Below, in pieces: positions 1 through 8,645 of a DNA stretch of 64,000 nucleotides. The stretch's first letter is position 1; each line of letters begins with the position of its first letter. The stretch comes from Ruthenibacterium lactatiformans (lineage in GTDB: Bacteria > Actinomycetota > Coriobacteriia > Coriobacteriales > QAMH01): the NCBI GenBank assembly GCA_963614215.1, contig CAVECB010000004.1, positions 26,222 to 90,221 of the forward strand, written 5' to 3'. The notes under the pieces are model-generated. The model was not told where the DNA came from, made no database searches, and was given only the letters and a program-made list of their open reading frames with translations. The position numbers and the translations under genes were made by a program.

Positions 1-74
1 TAGTCTTTTGCGACGCATTGCCCACCACGCCAAACGGCAAGGTAGACCGCAAGGCCTTGCAGCAGGCGCTCTAG
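1..74 (+). CDS. dltA: D-alanine--D-alanyl carrier protein ligase DltA, 3' end only (gene begins upstream of the window)
   Basis: Frame 3 reads VFCDALPTTPNGKVDRKALQQAL*, ending at TAG 72-74. P-x-T-x-NGK-x-DRKAL is the typical C-terminal motif of adenylate-forming enzymes. Followed directly by dltB/C/D. Confidence 0.7.
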   Translation, partial: VFCDALPTTPNGKVDRKALQQAL

Positions 75-108
75 CCGCCCCGAGCCGCACACGAGAGAAC
101 ACACCGCT

Positions 109-1293
109 GTGAGCTTCTACACATCAACCTCGTTTTTCATCGCTTTGGCCGTCGCCATCGTCCCCGCCGCCGTCCTCGGCCTTGCGGGGCGTTCCATCAG
201 GCGCTACGGGCTTGTCGCCTCCATTTTCTTCATCGCCTGCCTTTTCGCGGGCACCCCAGCGCAGCTTGCCGCCTTCCTCGTTTTCCTTGCCGTGGCGGCC
301 ACCTCGGCCTACGTGGTCTTTTACAACTGGACGCGCGGGAACAAAAGCGTCGCGCTCTACCGCGTCATGCTCGCCTTGACGCTTGCCCCCTTAGCCGTCT
401 ACAAGGTCTCGGCCGTCTTCGATGAGAACTTCCTCGGCTTCATCGGCATCTCGTACCTCACCTTCAAGGCCGTCCAGGTCCTCGTCGAGGTTCGCGACGG
501 CCTGATAAAGGAGCTGGGCGCCTTCGACTGGCTCTACTTCATCGTCTTCTTCCCCGTAATCACCTCAGGCCCTATCGACCGCTCGCGCCGCTTTCTTGCA
601 GATGCGCACGCGAAGCTTTCGCGCCGCGAATACGCCGATTTGCTCTCCCGCGGCATCCTTCTCATCCTCATCGGCGCCGTCTACCAGCTCGTCATCGCGA
701 CCATCCTGCATTCGCAGATCAGCTTCCAGCCCTTCTACGCGCAAAAAGCGCTTTGGTTCAACTTCGCCTCGGCCGCCAAAGACGCCTGGTTCTACGGCCT
801 CTACCTCTTCTTCGACTTTGCTGGCTACTCCCTGATGGCCTGCGGCGCGAGCTACTGCTTTGGCATACGCACCCCGCGCAACTTCCGTGCGCCCTTCGCC
901 GCCATCGACATCAAGGACTTCTGGAACCGCTGGCACATCACGCTCTCGTTTTGGCTGCGCGATTTTGTCTTCATGCGTCTGGTCACGACCCTCACCCGTC
1001 GCAAAATTTTCTCGACGCGCCTGACCCGCGCGTGCTGGGGCTACATCGCGAACATGGGGTTGATGGGATGCTGGCACGGCCTCACCCCCGACTACATCGC
1101 CTACGGCCTCTTCCACGGCGTGCTGCTTGCGGCCTGCGACGTCTACCAGAAGAAGAGCGCCTTTCACAAGCGCCATAAAAACGCGACCTGGTATAAACTG
1201 TGCTCTTGGGCACTCACCATCAACCTTGTGATGCTCGGTTTCTCCATTTTCTCCGGCCAGTTCGCGACCTTTGCAGGAGGGTTTTTCGCATGA
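109..1293 (+). CDS. dltB: MBOAT-family D-alanyl transfer protein DltB
   Basis: 394-aa polytopic membrane ORF with GTG start. MBOAT-like C-terminal region (FWNRWHITLSFWLRDFVF ... MGCWHG). Its stop overlaps the dltC start (ATGA). Confidence 0.85.
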   Translation: MSFYTSTSFFIALAVAIVPAAVLGLAGRSIRRYGLVASIFFIACLFAGTPAQLAAFLVFLAVAATSAYVVFYNWTRGNKSVALYRVMLALTLAPLAVYKVSAVFDENFLGFIGISYLTFKAVQVLVEVRDGLIKELGAFDWLYFIVFFPVITSGPIDRSRRFLADAHAKLSRREYADLLSRGILLILIGAVYQLVIATILHSQISFQPFYAQKALWFNFASAAKDAWFYGLYLFFDFAGYSLMACGASYCFGIRTPRNFRAPFAAIDIKDFWNRWHITLSFWLRDFVFMRLVTTLTRRKIFSTRLTRACWGYIANMGLMGCWHGLTPDYIAYGLFHGVLLAACDVYQKKSAFHKRHKNATWYKLCSWALTINLVMLGFSIFSGQFATFAGGFFA

Positions 1294-1538
1294 CGCACGA
1301 AGAAGTCGAAAACACGATGCTCGATTTGCTCGAGGAAGTCTGCGACGATGGGGCGGTGCGCGAGGAGCGCGATATCGACCTGTTCGAGGCGGGGCTGCTC
1401 GATTCCATGGCCGCCATCGAAGTGCTTGTCGGCATAGAGGAGCGCTTCGGCGTCGAGATTGCGCCCACGGAGGTAGAGCGCGAGGAAATGAACACGGTGA
1501 ACAAGATTATCCACCAGGTGGAGCTGCGCGTCGCGTGA
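1290..1538 (+). CDS. dltC: D-alanyl carrier protein DltC
   Basis: 82 aa, MTHEEVENTMLDLLEEV... with the phosphopantetheine-attachment motif GLLDSMAAIE. RBS GCAGGAGGG at 1273-1281. ATG overlaps the dltB TGA. Confidence 0.9.
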   Translation: MTHEEVENTMLDLLEEVCDDGAVREERDIDLFEAGLLDSMAAIEVLVGIEERFGVEIAPTEVEREEMNTVNKIIHQVELRVA

Positions 1539-1545
1539 GTGCGGC

Positions 1546-1791
1546 GTGGTTTTGGTGAAAGAGGGAGACGTGCCCGTGGCGCAGGCAAAGACGACGGTGA
1601 AGAAGAAGGCAGGCCCTATTGAGCGCCTGCACCCGCGTGCCGAGCGCGTGCGCGCCTGGTTTTTCTCCGCCTCGCCCACCGCGCTGGCCGCATGGCTTCT
1701 CATCGTTGCGGCGTGCGTGGGCGTGCTCGTGTGGTTTTTCCTCTTCTCCAGCTACGGCGCCCCCGCCGAGCCCGTCTACGAGGGGTTTTAA
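1546..1791 (+). CDS. Small single-TM protein with a DltX-like C-terminal tail (...EPVYEGF-COOH)
   Basis: 81-aa ORF between dltC and dltD with one hydrophobic helix (LAAWLLIVAACVGVLVWFFLF). The extreme C-terminus VYEGF resembles my recollection of the DltX hexapeptide (hydrophobic-Y-x-x-F). The GTG start is uncertain and internal GTGs are possible. Confidence 0.5.
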   Translation: MVLVKEGDVPVAQAKTTVKKKAGPIERLHPRAERVRAWFFSASPTALAAWLLIVAACVGVLVWFFLFSSYGAPAEPVYEGF

Positions 1792-1795
1792 GAAC

Positions 1796-2998
1796 ATGCG
1801 CCGCCTCGCCGCCTGCCTGTGTGCGATTTTTGCCGCCGTCGTGTGTGCTGCAGCCTTTGTCGGCCACAGCTACGCGCAGGGCAACGACGCCCTCGAGCAA
1901 AACCCCGTCATCATGTACCCGTCCACGGCGCAGCTTGCCAGCCACGACTTCATCTTGGACTCCTATAAGGCGCGCGTGGCGCAAGGCGACGACCCCGTGC
2001 TCGTCTTCGGGTCCTCGGAGTTGTACTCGGGCACCACCGGCGAGTTCCATCCGGCACAGTTCTTCCAGCGCGACGAGTGCACCAACGATTTGATGATGGT
2101 GGGTACGACCAACCACGAGAGCCTGTGGGAGGCTATCGAGTTGGCCGCTATGGCGCCGCATCTAGACGACAAGCGCATCGTGCTCTTCCCCAGCATGCAG
2201 TGGTTCTACGGCGACACGCCGGCCATGGCCCACGAGGCGGCACGCTATTTCACCACCGAGTTTTCCTCGGACGCCTGGCAGGCCATGCAGGAAAACGAGG
2301 CGCTGTCCGATGAGACCAAGGCAGGACTTGCGCAGCGCGCCTCTTCCTACGGGGTGGCCGCCGTGCAGGCAGACGGAGAAAACGCGCTGGCCACAGCCCT
2401 TGCATGCGTGGACAGCCAGGCCTCGCAGCTTCAGGCCGATATACGCGCGCGCCTGACCATGAAGGCGGCTGCCGATGCGGCGGCATCCGGCAACGCCTCT
2501 GCACTCTCGCCCGTGCCGCAAAAAGACCGCTCGAAGGCGGGTAGTCTCACCGACGCGGACTGGGACGCCTTCAAGGAGACGGCCGCCGCTGAGGCCGAGG
2601 CCCGCGCCGATGCGGACTCGTTTTCCGGCGAGAACAACCACGCCGATTGGCTGCGGGGCAGCGCGCGTCTGAAGCAATACCCCCAGATTGCGGACTTCAG
2701 CGAGGGCGAGTTCTCCGATTTCGAGCTGCTCTTGCAGGTGTGCGAGGAGACGGGCGTGGAGCCGCTTTTCATCTTGCAGCCCTCGAAGGGATGGCTCTAC
2801 GACGAGACCCCGATCGATTCGACGGCTCGTGCCCGCTTCAACGGGCGGGTGAAGGAAATGTGCGCTGCGCACGGCTTTTCGGTCGCCGACTTCACCGACC
2901 ACGACTACGACCGCTATTTCCTGCGCGACCAGACGCACCCCTCGCCGCTCGGCGCTGTCTACTACTCCGAGGCCATCTACAAGTTCCTCGAGAAATAG
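1796..2998 (+). CDS. dltD: D-alanyl-lipoteichoic acid biosynthesis protein DltD
   Basis: Start at the internal ATG giving the N-terminal anchor MRRLAACLCAIFAAVVCAAAF. GSSEL serine motif (VLVFGSSELYSG) and C-terminal D-x-x-H (RDQTHPSPLG) fit DltD/SGNH-like. Position follows dltC. Confidence 0.8.
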   Translation: MRRLAACLCAIFAAVVCAAAFVGHSYAQGNDALEQNPVIMYPSTAQLASHDFILDSYKARVAQGDDPVLVFGSSELYSGTTGEFHPAQFFQRDECTNDLMMVGTTNHESLWEAIELAAMAPHLDDKRIVLFPSMQWFYGDTPAMAHEAARYFTTEFSSDAWQAMQENEALSDETKAGLAQRASSYGVAAVQADGENALATALACVDSQASQLQADIRARLTMKAAADAAASGNASALSPVPQKDRSKAGSLTDADWDAFKETAAAEAEARADADSFSGENNHADWLRGSARLKQYPQIADFSEGEFSDFELLLQVCEETGVEPLFILQPSKGWLYDETPIDSTARARFNGRVKEMCAAHGFSVADFTDHDYDRYFLRDQTHPSPLGAVYYSEAIYKFLEK

Positions 2999-3087
2999 GC
3001 GGGCGTTTCGCAAAGCCTGCCAACCGGCGAAAACCGGCCGGACGAGGCGCGCTGCCGTGTCGTTCGCGCGCCGTTTGCCCCCCCATT

Positions 3088-3182
3088 CGTGCGCCGCGCC
3101 GTTTGCCCGCCGCGTGCCGCCCGCATCCCGTGCGCCGCGCCGTCTGCGCCCCGCACCTCTCGCGCGCCGCGTGCCGTATACT
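3088..3182 (+). repeat. GC-rich direct repeats upstream of the ELP3-like gene, ending in a TATACT box
   Basis: CGTGCGCCGCGCCGTyTGC occurs at 3088-3106 and 3129-3147, with a partial third copy at 3067-3080. Each full copy is followed by CGCCGCGTGCCG (3108-3119, 3165-3176). TATACT at 3177-3182. Confidence 0.7.
3177..3182 (+). promoter_or_regulatory. Putative -10 hexamer TATACT, 9 nt upstream of the ELP3-like ATG (short or absent leader)
   Basis: TATACTctagctctcATG with no purine-rich RBS between the box and the ATG. Leaderless mRNAs are common in actinobacteria. No experimental support. Confidence 0.3.
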
Positions 3183-3191
3183 CTAGCTCTC

Positions 3192-5069
3192 ATGGAAGAC
3201 GTGCTGACCGACATACTGGAGAGGCTGCGCGCGGGCGCGAAGATGGACGACCGCGCCCTTGACGCCGTCATCACCGCGCACAGCAAAAACGCGGGCGCCC
3301 CGGGGCGCATCTGCTCGAAGCGCCAGCTGCTTTCCTACTATTTCGAGACGCGCGCACACGATTTCGCGCGCTGGGAGTCGTGGGGCGTCGACGAGGATCT
3401 GCAGACACGCCTGCTCGCGGTGCTGCGCATGAAGCCGCGCCGCTGCGCGTCTGGTGTGGCGTCGGTCACCGTCTTGACCAAGCCGCACCCGTGCCCCGGC
3501 TCGTGTATCTTTTGCCCCAGCGATTTGACCATGCCGAAGAGCTATCTGGCCTCAGAGCCTGCCTGCCAGCGCGCCGAGCAATGCTGTTTCGACCCGTATC
3601 TGCAGGTCGTAAGCCGGTTACGCACCCTCTATCTCATGGGGCACCCGGTAGACGAGGTCGAGCTCGTCGTGCTGGGCGGGTCGTGGACCGAGTACCCGAA
3701 GGCCTATCGCCTGTGGTTTGCCGCCGAGCTCTACCGCGCCTTAAACGATTGGGACAGCGCCCACATCCCCAACTTCAGCGCCTTTGCCAAAGACGTGGCC
3801 ACGCTTCCCGGGCGCTCGGACGAGTATGCGAAGTTCTCGCAAGAGCCTTGGGGCGCCGACGATGTGAGCGCCCGCCAGCTGCGCTACGCCGGCCTGCACA
3901 TATCCTCGACGCGCGAGGGGGCGCGCAGCCTGTGCTCGCGTGCGCAGGGAAAGGTCGACGCGCAGGAGATGAGCTACGACGAGGCTGTCACACGCCTCTA
4001 CGGCACGGGCGGCTGGGAGATCGCGGGGCGCATGCAGCGGGGCACCTGGGCGGGGTTGTCTGCGCAGATGCGGGCCAACGAGACGGCCTCCGCGCGCTGC
4101 GTGGGCTTTTCTGTTGAGACGCGCCCTGATTGCGTGAACACGGTCAGCCTGCTGGAGATGGCGCGTATGGGCTGCGACCGCCTGCAGATAGGCGTGCAAA
4201 GCCTCGACGACAAGGTTCTCTCGGCGAACTGGCGCGGCCAAGATGCCGCCACGAGCCGCCGCGCCCTCGACCTCGCGCGCCTGTTCGGGATGCGTGTGCA
4301 CGTGCACTACATGCTCAACCTCTATTTGTCCACGCCGCAAAAAGACCTTGCCGGCTTCACGGAGCTGGCGGCCGGCGGCTTGTGCGACGAGGTGAAGCTG
4401 TACCCGTGCGTGCTTGTGGCCGGCACGCCACTCGTGCGCCTGGCGGCCGGCGGCGCGTGGAAGCCCTATCCCCACAAGACCCTGCTCGATTTGTGCGCGT
4501 CGTGCATGAAGGCGGCGCCTGCGTGGGTGCGCATGAGCCGCATGGTGCGCGACATCTCCACCGACGACATACTCGCGGGCAACAAGACGCCCAACCTGCG
4601 CCAGGAAGTCGACCGCTTGCTCGAGAAGGAAGGTGCCGAGATCTCCGAGATCCGCCACAGGGAGCTAGGCACGCGCAAGCTCGACGGGGGTGCCTTGCAT
4701 CTGCAGTCCGTGCCCTACCGCACCCCGGTGTCTCAAGAGCGCCTCTTGCAGGTGGTCACAGACGATGGCAGGCTCGTCGCCTTGGCGCGGCTGTCGTTTC
4801 CAGACGCGCGCTGTGTTTCGGATGCCGGCGCGGCGCTGCCCGTGCGGCCTGGCGAGGCTGTTCTGCGCGAGCTGCATGTGTTCGGAGCGGGGGATGCCAC
4901 GGCGTCTTTGGCCGGTCCTCTGCGCGAGAAACTGCTCGATTCTGCCGCCGCCATCGCCACTAGGCGCGGGTGCAGCGCGCTCGTTTCGTGCGCGCCGCCG
5001 GGACTGCGTCCCTTTTTGCGCGCGCACGGCTTTGAGGATGGCACCCTGTTCATGCGCCGCGCGCTTTAA
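3192..5069 (+). CDS. ELP3-family radical SAM / GNAT acetyltransferase (bacterial Elongator protein 3 homologue)
   Basis: Radical-SAM cluster motif KPHPCPGSCIFCPSD, followed by SYLASEPACQRAEQCCFDPYLQV and ELVVLGGSWTEYP. C-terminal GNAT-like LRELHVFG. The upstream ORF extension 3057-3191 is the repeat region, not coding. Confidence 0.8.
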   Translation: MEDVLTDILERLRAGAKMDDRALDAVITAHSKNAGAPGRICSKRQLLSYYFETRAHDFARWESWGVDEDLQTRLLAVLRMKPRRCASGVASVTVLTKPHPCPGSCIFCPSDLTMPKSYLASEPACQRAEQCCFDPYLQVVSRLRTLYLMGHPVDEVELVVLGGSWTEYPKAYRLWFAAELYRALNDWDSAHIPNFSAFAKDVATLPGRSDEYAKFSQEPWGADDVSARQLRYAGLHISSTREGARSLCSRAQGKVDAQEMSYDEAVTRLYGTGGWEIAGRMQRGTWAGLSAQMRANETASARCVGFSVETRPDCVNTVSLLEMARMGCDRLQIGVQSLDDKVLSANWRGQDAATSRRALDLARLFGMRVHVHYMLNLYLSTPQKDLAGFTELAAGGLCDEVKLYPCVLVAGTPLVRLAAGGAWKPYPHKTLLDLCASCMKAAPAWVRMSRMVRDISTDDILAGNKTPNLRQEVDRLLEKEGAEISEIRHRELGTRKLDGGALHLQSVPYRTPVSQERLLQVVTDDGRLVALARLSFPDARCVSDAGAALPVRPGEAVLRELHVFGAGDATASLAGPLREKLLDSAAAIATRRGCSALVSCAPPGLRPFLRAHGFEDGTLFMRRAL

Positions 5070-5136
5070 GCGGCGTCGTGGGGTGCGCTGCTTTCGCGTG
5101 CTCCGCGAGAGAAAAAAGAGAGAGAGGCATTTCGAC

Positions 5137-6117
5137 ATGGCCGACGAGTTCAAGTTCGTTCACGACGCGAAGCGCTGCGTGGCCTGCGGGCTGTGCGTGG
5201 CATTTTGCCCGCAAGACAGTCTGGAGACAGGCGAGGACGGCAAACCGCAAGCCACACACATGGAGACCTGCGTGGGCTGCGACACTTGCTCCGGGCAATG
5301 CCCCCAGCGCGCCATCGTGGTCAAGCGCGAGGGCAACCCGGCCGAATACGACCCGTATGCAGACGAGGAGCGGGCCGCGCCCATATCCGTCGCGCGGCAA
5401 AAGCGCTACGCGGATGCGGAGAAGGCCATTATGGAGGCGCTCGACTTGCGCTGGCATCCCGTCTCGGTCGGCCTGATAGCCCCCGACGAGCCCCTGCCCG
5501 ACGTGCCTTTTCCGTCCGAGAAACTGCGCTTTTGCCAGGCAATGAACGCCGCCCGCCGCGGCGCCTCCATACTTCAGCCGCCGCACTGCCACTCCTGCCC
5601 GGACGGCACCTCTATCTTCGGCATGACGGGCGTGCCTCCCAAGCTTGCCACGGGCGAAATCTACGTGCTCTTTCACAAGGTGGTCGACGCTCCAGCCGCG
5701 GCCAAGATGGTCTCCGAGCGCCCCGTGCTGCCGCCGAACTCGCGCCGCGCGACGCTTGTCGAGCCGCTGGGCAAGACGACGCGCGTTCCCGAGGTCGTGG
5801 TTTTCACCGGCAACCCCGAACAGATGATGTGGCTGTGCATGTCCATGTCGTATTTCGACGGGCACCGCCACGATTTCCATGCCTCCGGCTTCAACGCCCA
5901 ATGTGTCGAGGCCACGCTGCTGCCCTTCGTCAACGACGAGCCCAACATTTCGTTTGGCTGCTACGGCGGTCGGGCATCAAGCGACATCGGGGAGGATATG
6001 ATGTACATGGGCGTGCCGGAAAACCGCCTGGACACCATCGTGGAGGGTTGCGTCGAGCTGGCGAAAAAGGCCATCCCGCAAAGCCGGATGAAGATATACG
6101 TCCCGCCGATCATGTAG
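5137..6117 (+). CDS. 4Fe-4S ferredoxin domain fused to a DUF169-like domain
   Basis: MADEFKFVHDAKRCVACGLCVAFCP ... CVGCDTCSGQCP gives two CxxCxxCxxxCP motifs. The rest (FCQAMNAARRG...HCHSCPDG...ISFGCYGGR) resembles DUF169. Confidence 0.75.
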   Translation: MADEFKFVHDAKRCVACGLCVAFCPQDSLETGEDGKPQATHMETCVGCDTCSGQCPQRAIVVKREGNPAEYDPYADEERAAPISVARQKRYADAEKAIMEALDLRWHPVSVGLIAPDEPLPDVPFPSEKLRFCQAMNAARRGASILQPPHCHSCPDGTSIFGMTGVPPKLATGEIYVLFHKVVDAPAAAKMVSERPVLPPNSRRATLVEPLGKTTRVPEVVVFTGNPEQMMWLCMSMSYFDGHRHDFHASGFNAQCVEATLLPFVNDEPNISFGCYGGRASSDIGEDMMYMGVPENRLDTIVEGCVELAKKAIPQSRMKIYVPPIM

Positions 6118-6135
6118 GAAGGGGGGGGATAGGCT

Positions 6136-7368
6136 GTGGACAAACCGCTGTTTTCCATACGCGACGCCGTAGAGGCCGACTTGCCCTTGCTGCGCGAGCT
6201 CTTCGCTGACGAGGGCTTTTCCGACCTGCCCACGGTGGATGGCGTGCGTGTCGCCGCTGCGCCGGACAACACGGTTTTCGGCGCTCTGCGCTGCGAGCAG
6301 GGGGCAGACGGCGCCTGGTACGTGCGCCCGGTTGTGGTCTTTGACGCCGTGCAGCACAAAGGCGTCGGGTCGGCGCTGATGGACGACGCGCTGTCGCTGC
6401 ACGCGGACCTGCGCCTGTCCAGCCGAGGCGACATGGGGCCGTTTTACGAGAGTTGCGGGCTAGTGAAGTGCCCCTGGGACGACATCACGCCCGAATTTGC
6501 CTGCGAATGCCTCGAGCTGTGCCCGGACCGCGCGGCGTGCGCCCCGCAGCCCTACCGCTCCGTGGTGCCCGACTACACCCTGACCTTCCTCGGCACGAGC
6601 GCCGGCTGCGGCGTGCCGGCGTTCTTTTGCCATTGCCCCGCCTGCGAGGCGGCCAGACGCGACCCGTCCAAGCGTCGCAGCTGCACGGGCGCGGTGGTGC
6701 GCGGCAACAAAACCACGCTCATCGACGCGCCACCGGATTTGCGCGCCCAGCTCGTGCGCGAGGACATCGACGCCATCGACCGGCTCTTTTTGACGCACGC
6801 GCATTACGACCACATGGGCGGCCTGGGCGAGCTGGAGTACTTCATCCGCTTGCACCGCAAGGCAGCGCTGCCCTTCACCGCGAGCGCCTACGCACTGTCC
6901 GAGGCCATGCGGGAGTTTTCCTATATGGAAGATACCTTCGAGCTGGACGCGGTGGAGGATTTCGGCTCGCGCACCTTCGACGGCCTTGTCTTCCAGGCGC
7001 TGCCGCTCGAGCATTGCCCAGGCTGCGTGGGCTGGCTTGTCACGACGCCTGCCGGCACGCGCTGCTTCTACGCGCCCGACACCGCCGCCTTGCGACCCGA
7101 GGTTATCGAGGTTTTGCAGGGCGTGGACACGCTTGTCATGGATGCGACCTTTTGGAAGAACATGGGCACACACCGCACGCACCACATGGTGAAAGACACT
7201 ATCGACGAGGGGTTGAACCTGCTAGGGGCGGGCCGTGTCGTCTTGCAGCACCTTGCGCCGCACATGTGCGATCCCGGTGTGGACGAAATCGCCGAAATCT
7301 ACAAATACGCAGCGCGCTTTGACGGGCGCGTGGTCGTGGCCGAAGACGGAATGGAGCTGAAGATATGA
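6136..7368 (+). CDS. GNAT acetyltransferase - MBL-fold metallo-hydrolase fusion (PhnP/PqqB-like Cys knuckle)
   Basis: N-terminal GNAT (HKGVGSALMDDAL). C-terminal MBL with LTHAHYDHMGG and a zinc-knuckle insert FFCHCPACEAARRD. GTG start 18 nt after the previous stop; its stop overlaps the next gene start. Confidence 0.75.
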   Translation: MDKPLFSIRDAVEADLPLLRELFADEGFSDLPTVDGVRVAAAPDNTVFGALRCEQGADGAWYVRPVVVFDAVQHKGVGSALMDDALSLHADLRLSSRGDMGPFYESCGLVKCPWDDITPEFACECLELCPDRAACAPQPYRSVVPDYTLTFLGTSAGCGVPAFFCHCPACEAARRDPSKRRSCTGAVVRGNKTTLIDAPPDLRAQLVREDIDAIDRLFLTHAHYDHMGGLGELEYFIRLHRKAALPFTASAYALSEAMREFSYMEDTFELDAVEDFGSRTFDGLVFQALPLEHCPGCVGWLVTTPAGTRCFYAPDTAALRPEVIEVLQGVDTLVMDATFWKNMGTHRTHHMVKDTIDEGLNLLGAGRVVLQHLAPHMCDPGVDEIAEIYKYAARFDGRVVVAEDGMELKI

Positions 7369-8645
7369 GCGTGGAGGAGACGCTGCGCATATGCGAGGCG
7401 GTGGCGGATGCCTGCGTGGGCTGCGGGAAGTGCGTGGCCGCGTGCCCCTCGCTGAGTCTAGCCGAGATGAACCTGGGGCAGGCCGCAGAGGCGCTGCATG
7501 GGGCGCTCGTAGGCGGCGAGGGCGGCGAGGCGGCTGGAAAAGGCGCGGCTGGTGAACGGGGTGCGGGCGTCGAGGATAGCGCCGGCGCAATTGATGCGGC
7601 CGCATCTGATGCATCTGAGGCGGCCGGGCGCATTCTCGGTGCCGACGGGCTTGTGCAGGCGGTGCGCGGCTGCTTTTTCTGCACGCGTTGCGTCGCGCAT
7701 TGCGAGGCGGACATCGATGTGTGCAAGCTCTTCTATGCCGGGCGCGAGGCTTTCCAGGAATGCGGCCTCATCGAGCGCGGCGCCTGGAGCAGCGTGCAGG
7801 TAGACGAGCAGTGGCATGTCTTCACCGCCTACCGCGCTGTCTATGGCATAGGGTATGCAGACCTGACGCGCCATCTGGACTACGAGGGGCATGCCGCCGA
7901 GCACGACTGCGAGGTCGCGTTTTTCCCTGGATGCTCGCTTGCCGCCTACAACCCAGAGCTCACGCGCGCGGTCTTTGACGAGGTCGAGCGCCGTTGCGGC
8001 AAGGCGACGATGCTCGATGCCTGTTGCGGCTCGCCGCTGAAGAGCGCGGGCTTTCTCGATCGCGCTGCCGCCCTCGAAGATCGTATCGTCGACGAGGTTG
8101 TGGCCAGCGCCGCGAAAAAGGTGGTCTTTGCCTGTCCGGGCTGCCTCAACATTGTGCGCGCGGCGCTTGCGCGGCGCGGGATGGACGACGTGGACTGCTG
8201 CACGGTCGCCGAGCTGCTTCAAGGTGAGGCGCCCGTCCATGTGGCAGGCCGCGTTCGCTTTTTCAAGTCTTGCCAGGACCGTGACGGCTCCTATCTTTTT
8301 GCCACACGCGCCCTGCTCGACGTCGACGACGAGGCGCCCGCCATATGCAACGGGTGTTGCGGCGCGGGCGGCGCGGTCTCGCCGTATTCGGCCGAGCAGC
8401 AATCGGCGCAGGTTGATGCCGTGCTAGACGCCTGCGATGCCGGCGATACGCTCGTCACCATGTGTCCGACCTGCACCTACACACAGGCTTTCGCGCTTTT
8501 GCAGGCAGGCCGCGACGACATCGTGGTGAAAAACCACCTGGAGCTGCTCTTTGGCCACGAGTTCGACTGGCCGGCTGTTTTCGCTAGGCTGCAGGGCATG
8601 TGGTCCGGCGAATACGCCGCTTGGCTTTCCCAAGTCTTGAGCTGA
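7365..8645 (+). CDS. Fe-S oxidoreductase with two CCG cysteine-rich domains (HdrD/GlpC/LutA-like)
   Basis: CVGCGKCVAACP and CFFCTRCVAHCE ferredoxin-type motifs. Two CCG-type modules (FFPGCSLAAY...ACCGSPL and FFKSCQDRDG...CCGAGG). 4-nt overlap with the upstream gene. Confidence 0.8.
   Translation: MSVEETLRICEAVADACVGCGKCVAACPSLSLAEMNLGQAAEALHGALVGGEGGEAAGKGAAGERGAGVEDSAGAIDAAASDASEAAGRILGADGLVQAVRGCFFCTRCVAHCEADIDVCKLFYAGREAFQECGLIERGAWSSVQVDEQWHVFTAYRAVYGIGYADLTRHLDYEGHAAEHDCEVAFFPGCSLAAYNPELTRAVFDEVERRCGKATMLDACCGSPLKSAGFLDRAAALEDRIVDEVVASAAKKVVFACPGCLNIVRAALARRGMDDVDCCTVAELLQGEAPVHVAGRVRFFKSCQDRDGSYLFATRALLDVDDEAPAICNGCCGAGGAVSPYSAEQQSAQVDAVLDACDAGDTLVTMCPTCTYTQAFALLQAGRDDIVVKNHLELLFGHEFDWPAVFARLQGMWSGEYAAWLSQVLS

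Noticed and set aside
3057-3191. N-terminal extensions of track ORFs (for example 3057-3191, 4690-5136, 11008-11460, 19388-19549, 20425-20895, 43569-43703)
   Set aside because: The extensions run through the preceding genes or repeat DNA and are Arg/Pro/Ala-rich. Internal ATG or GTG codons with good RBSs coincide with the point where family-typical sequence begins.
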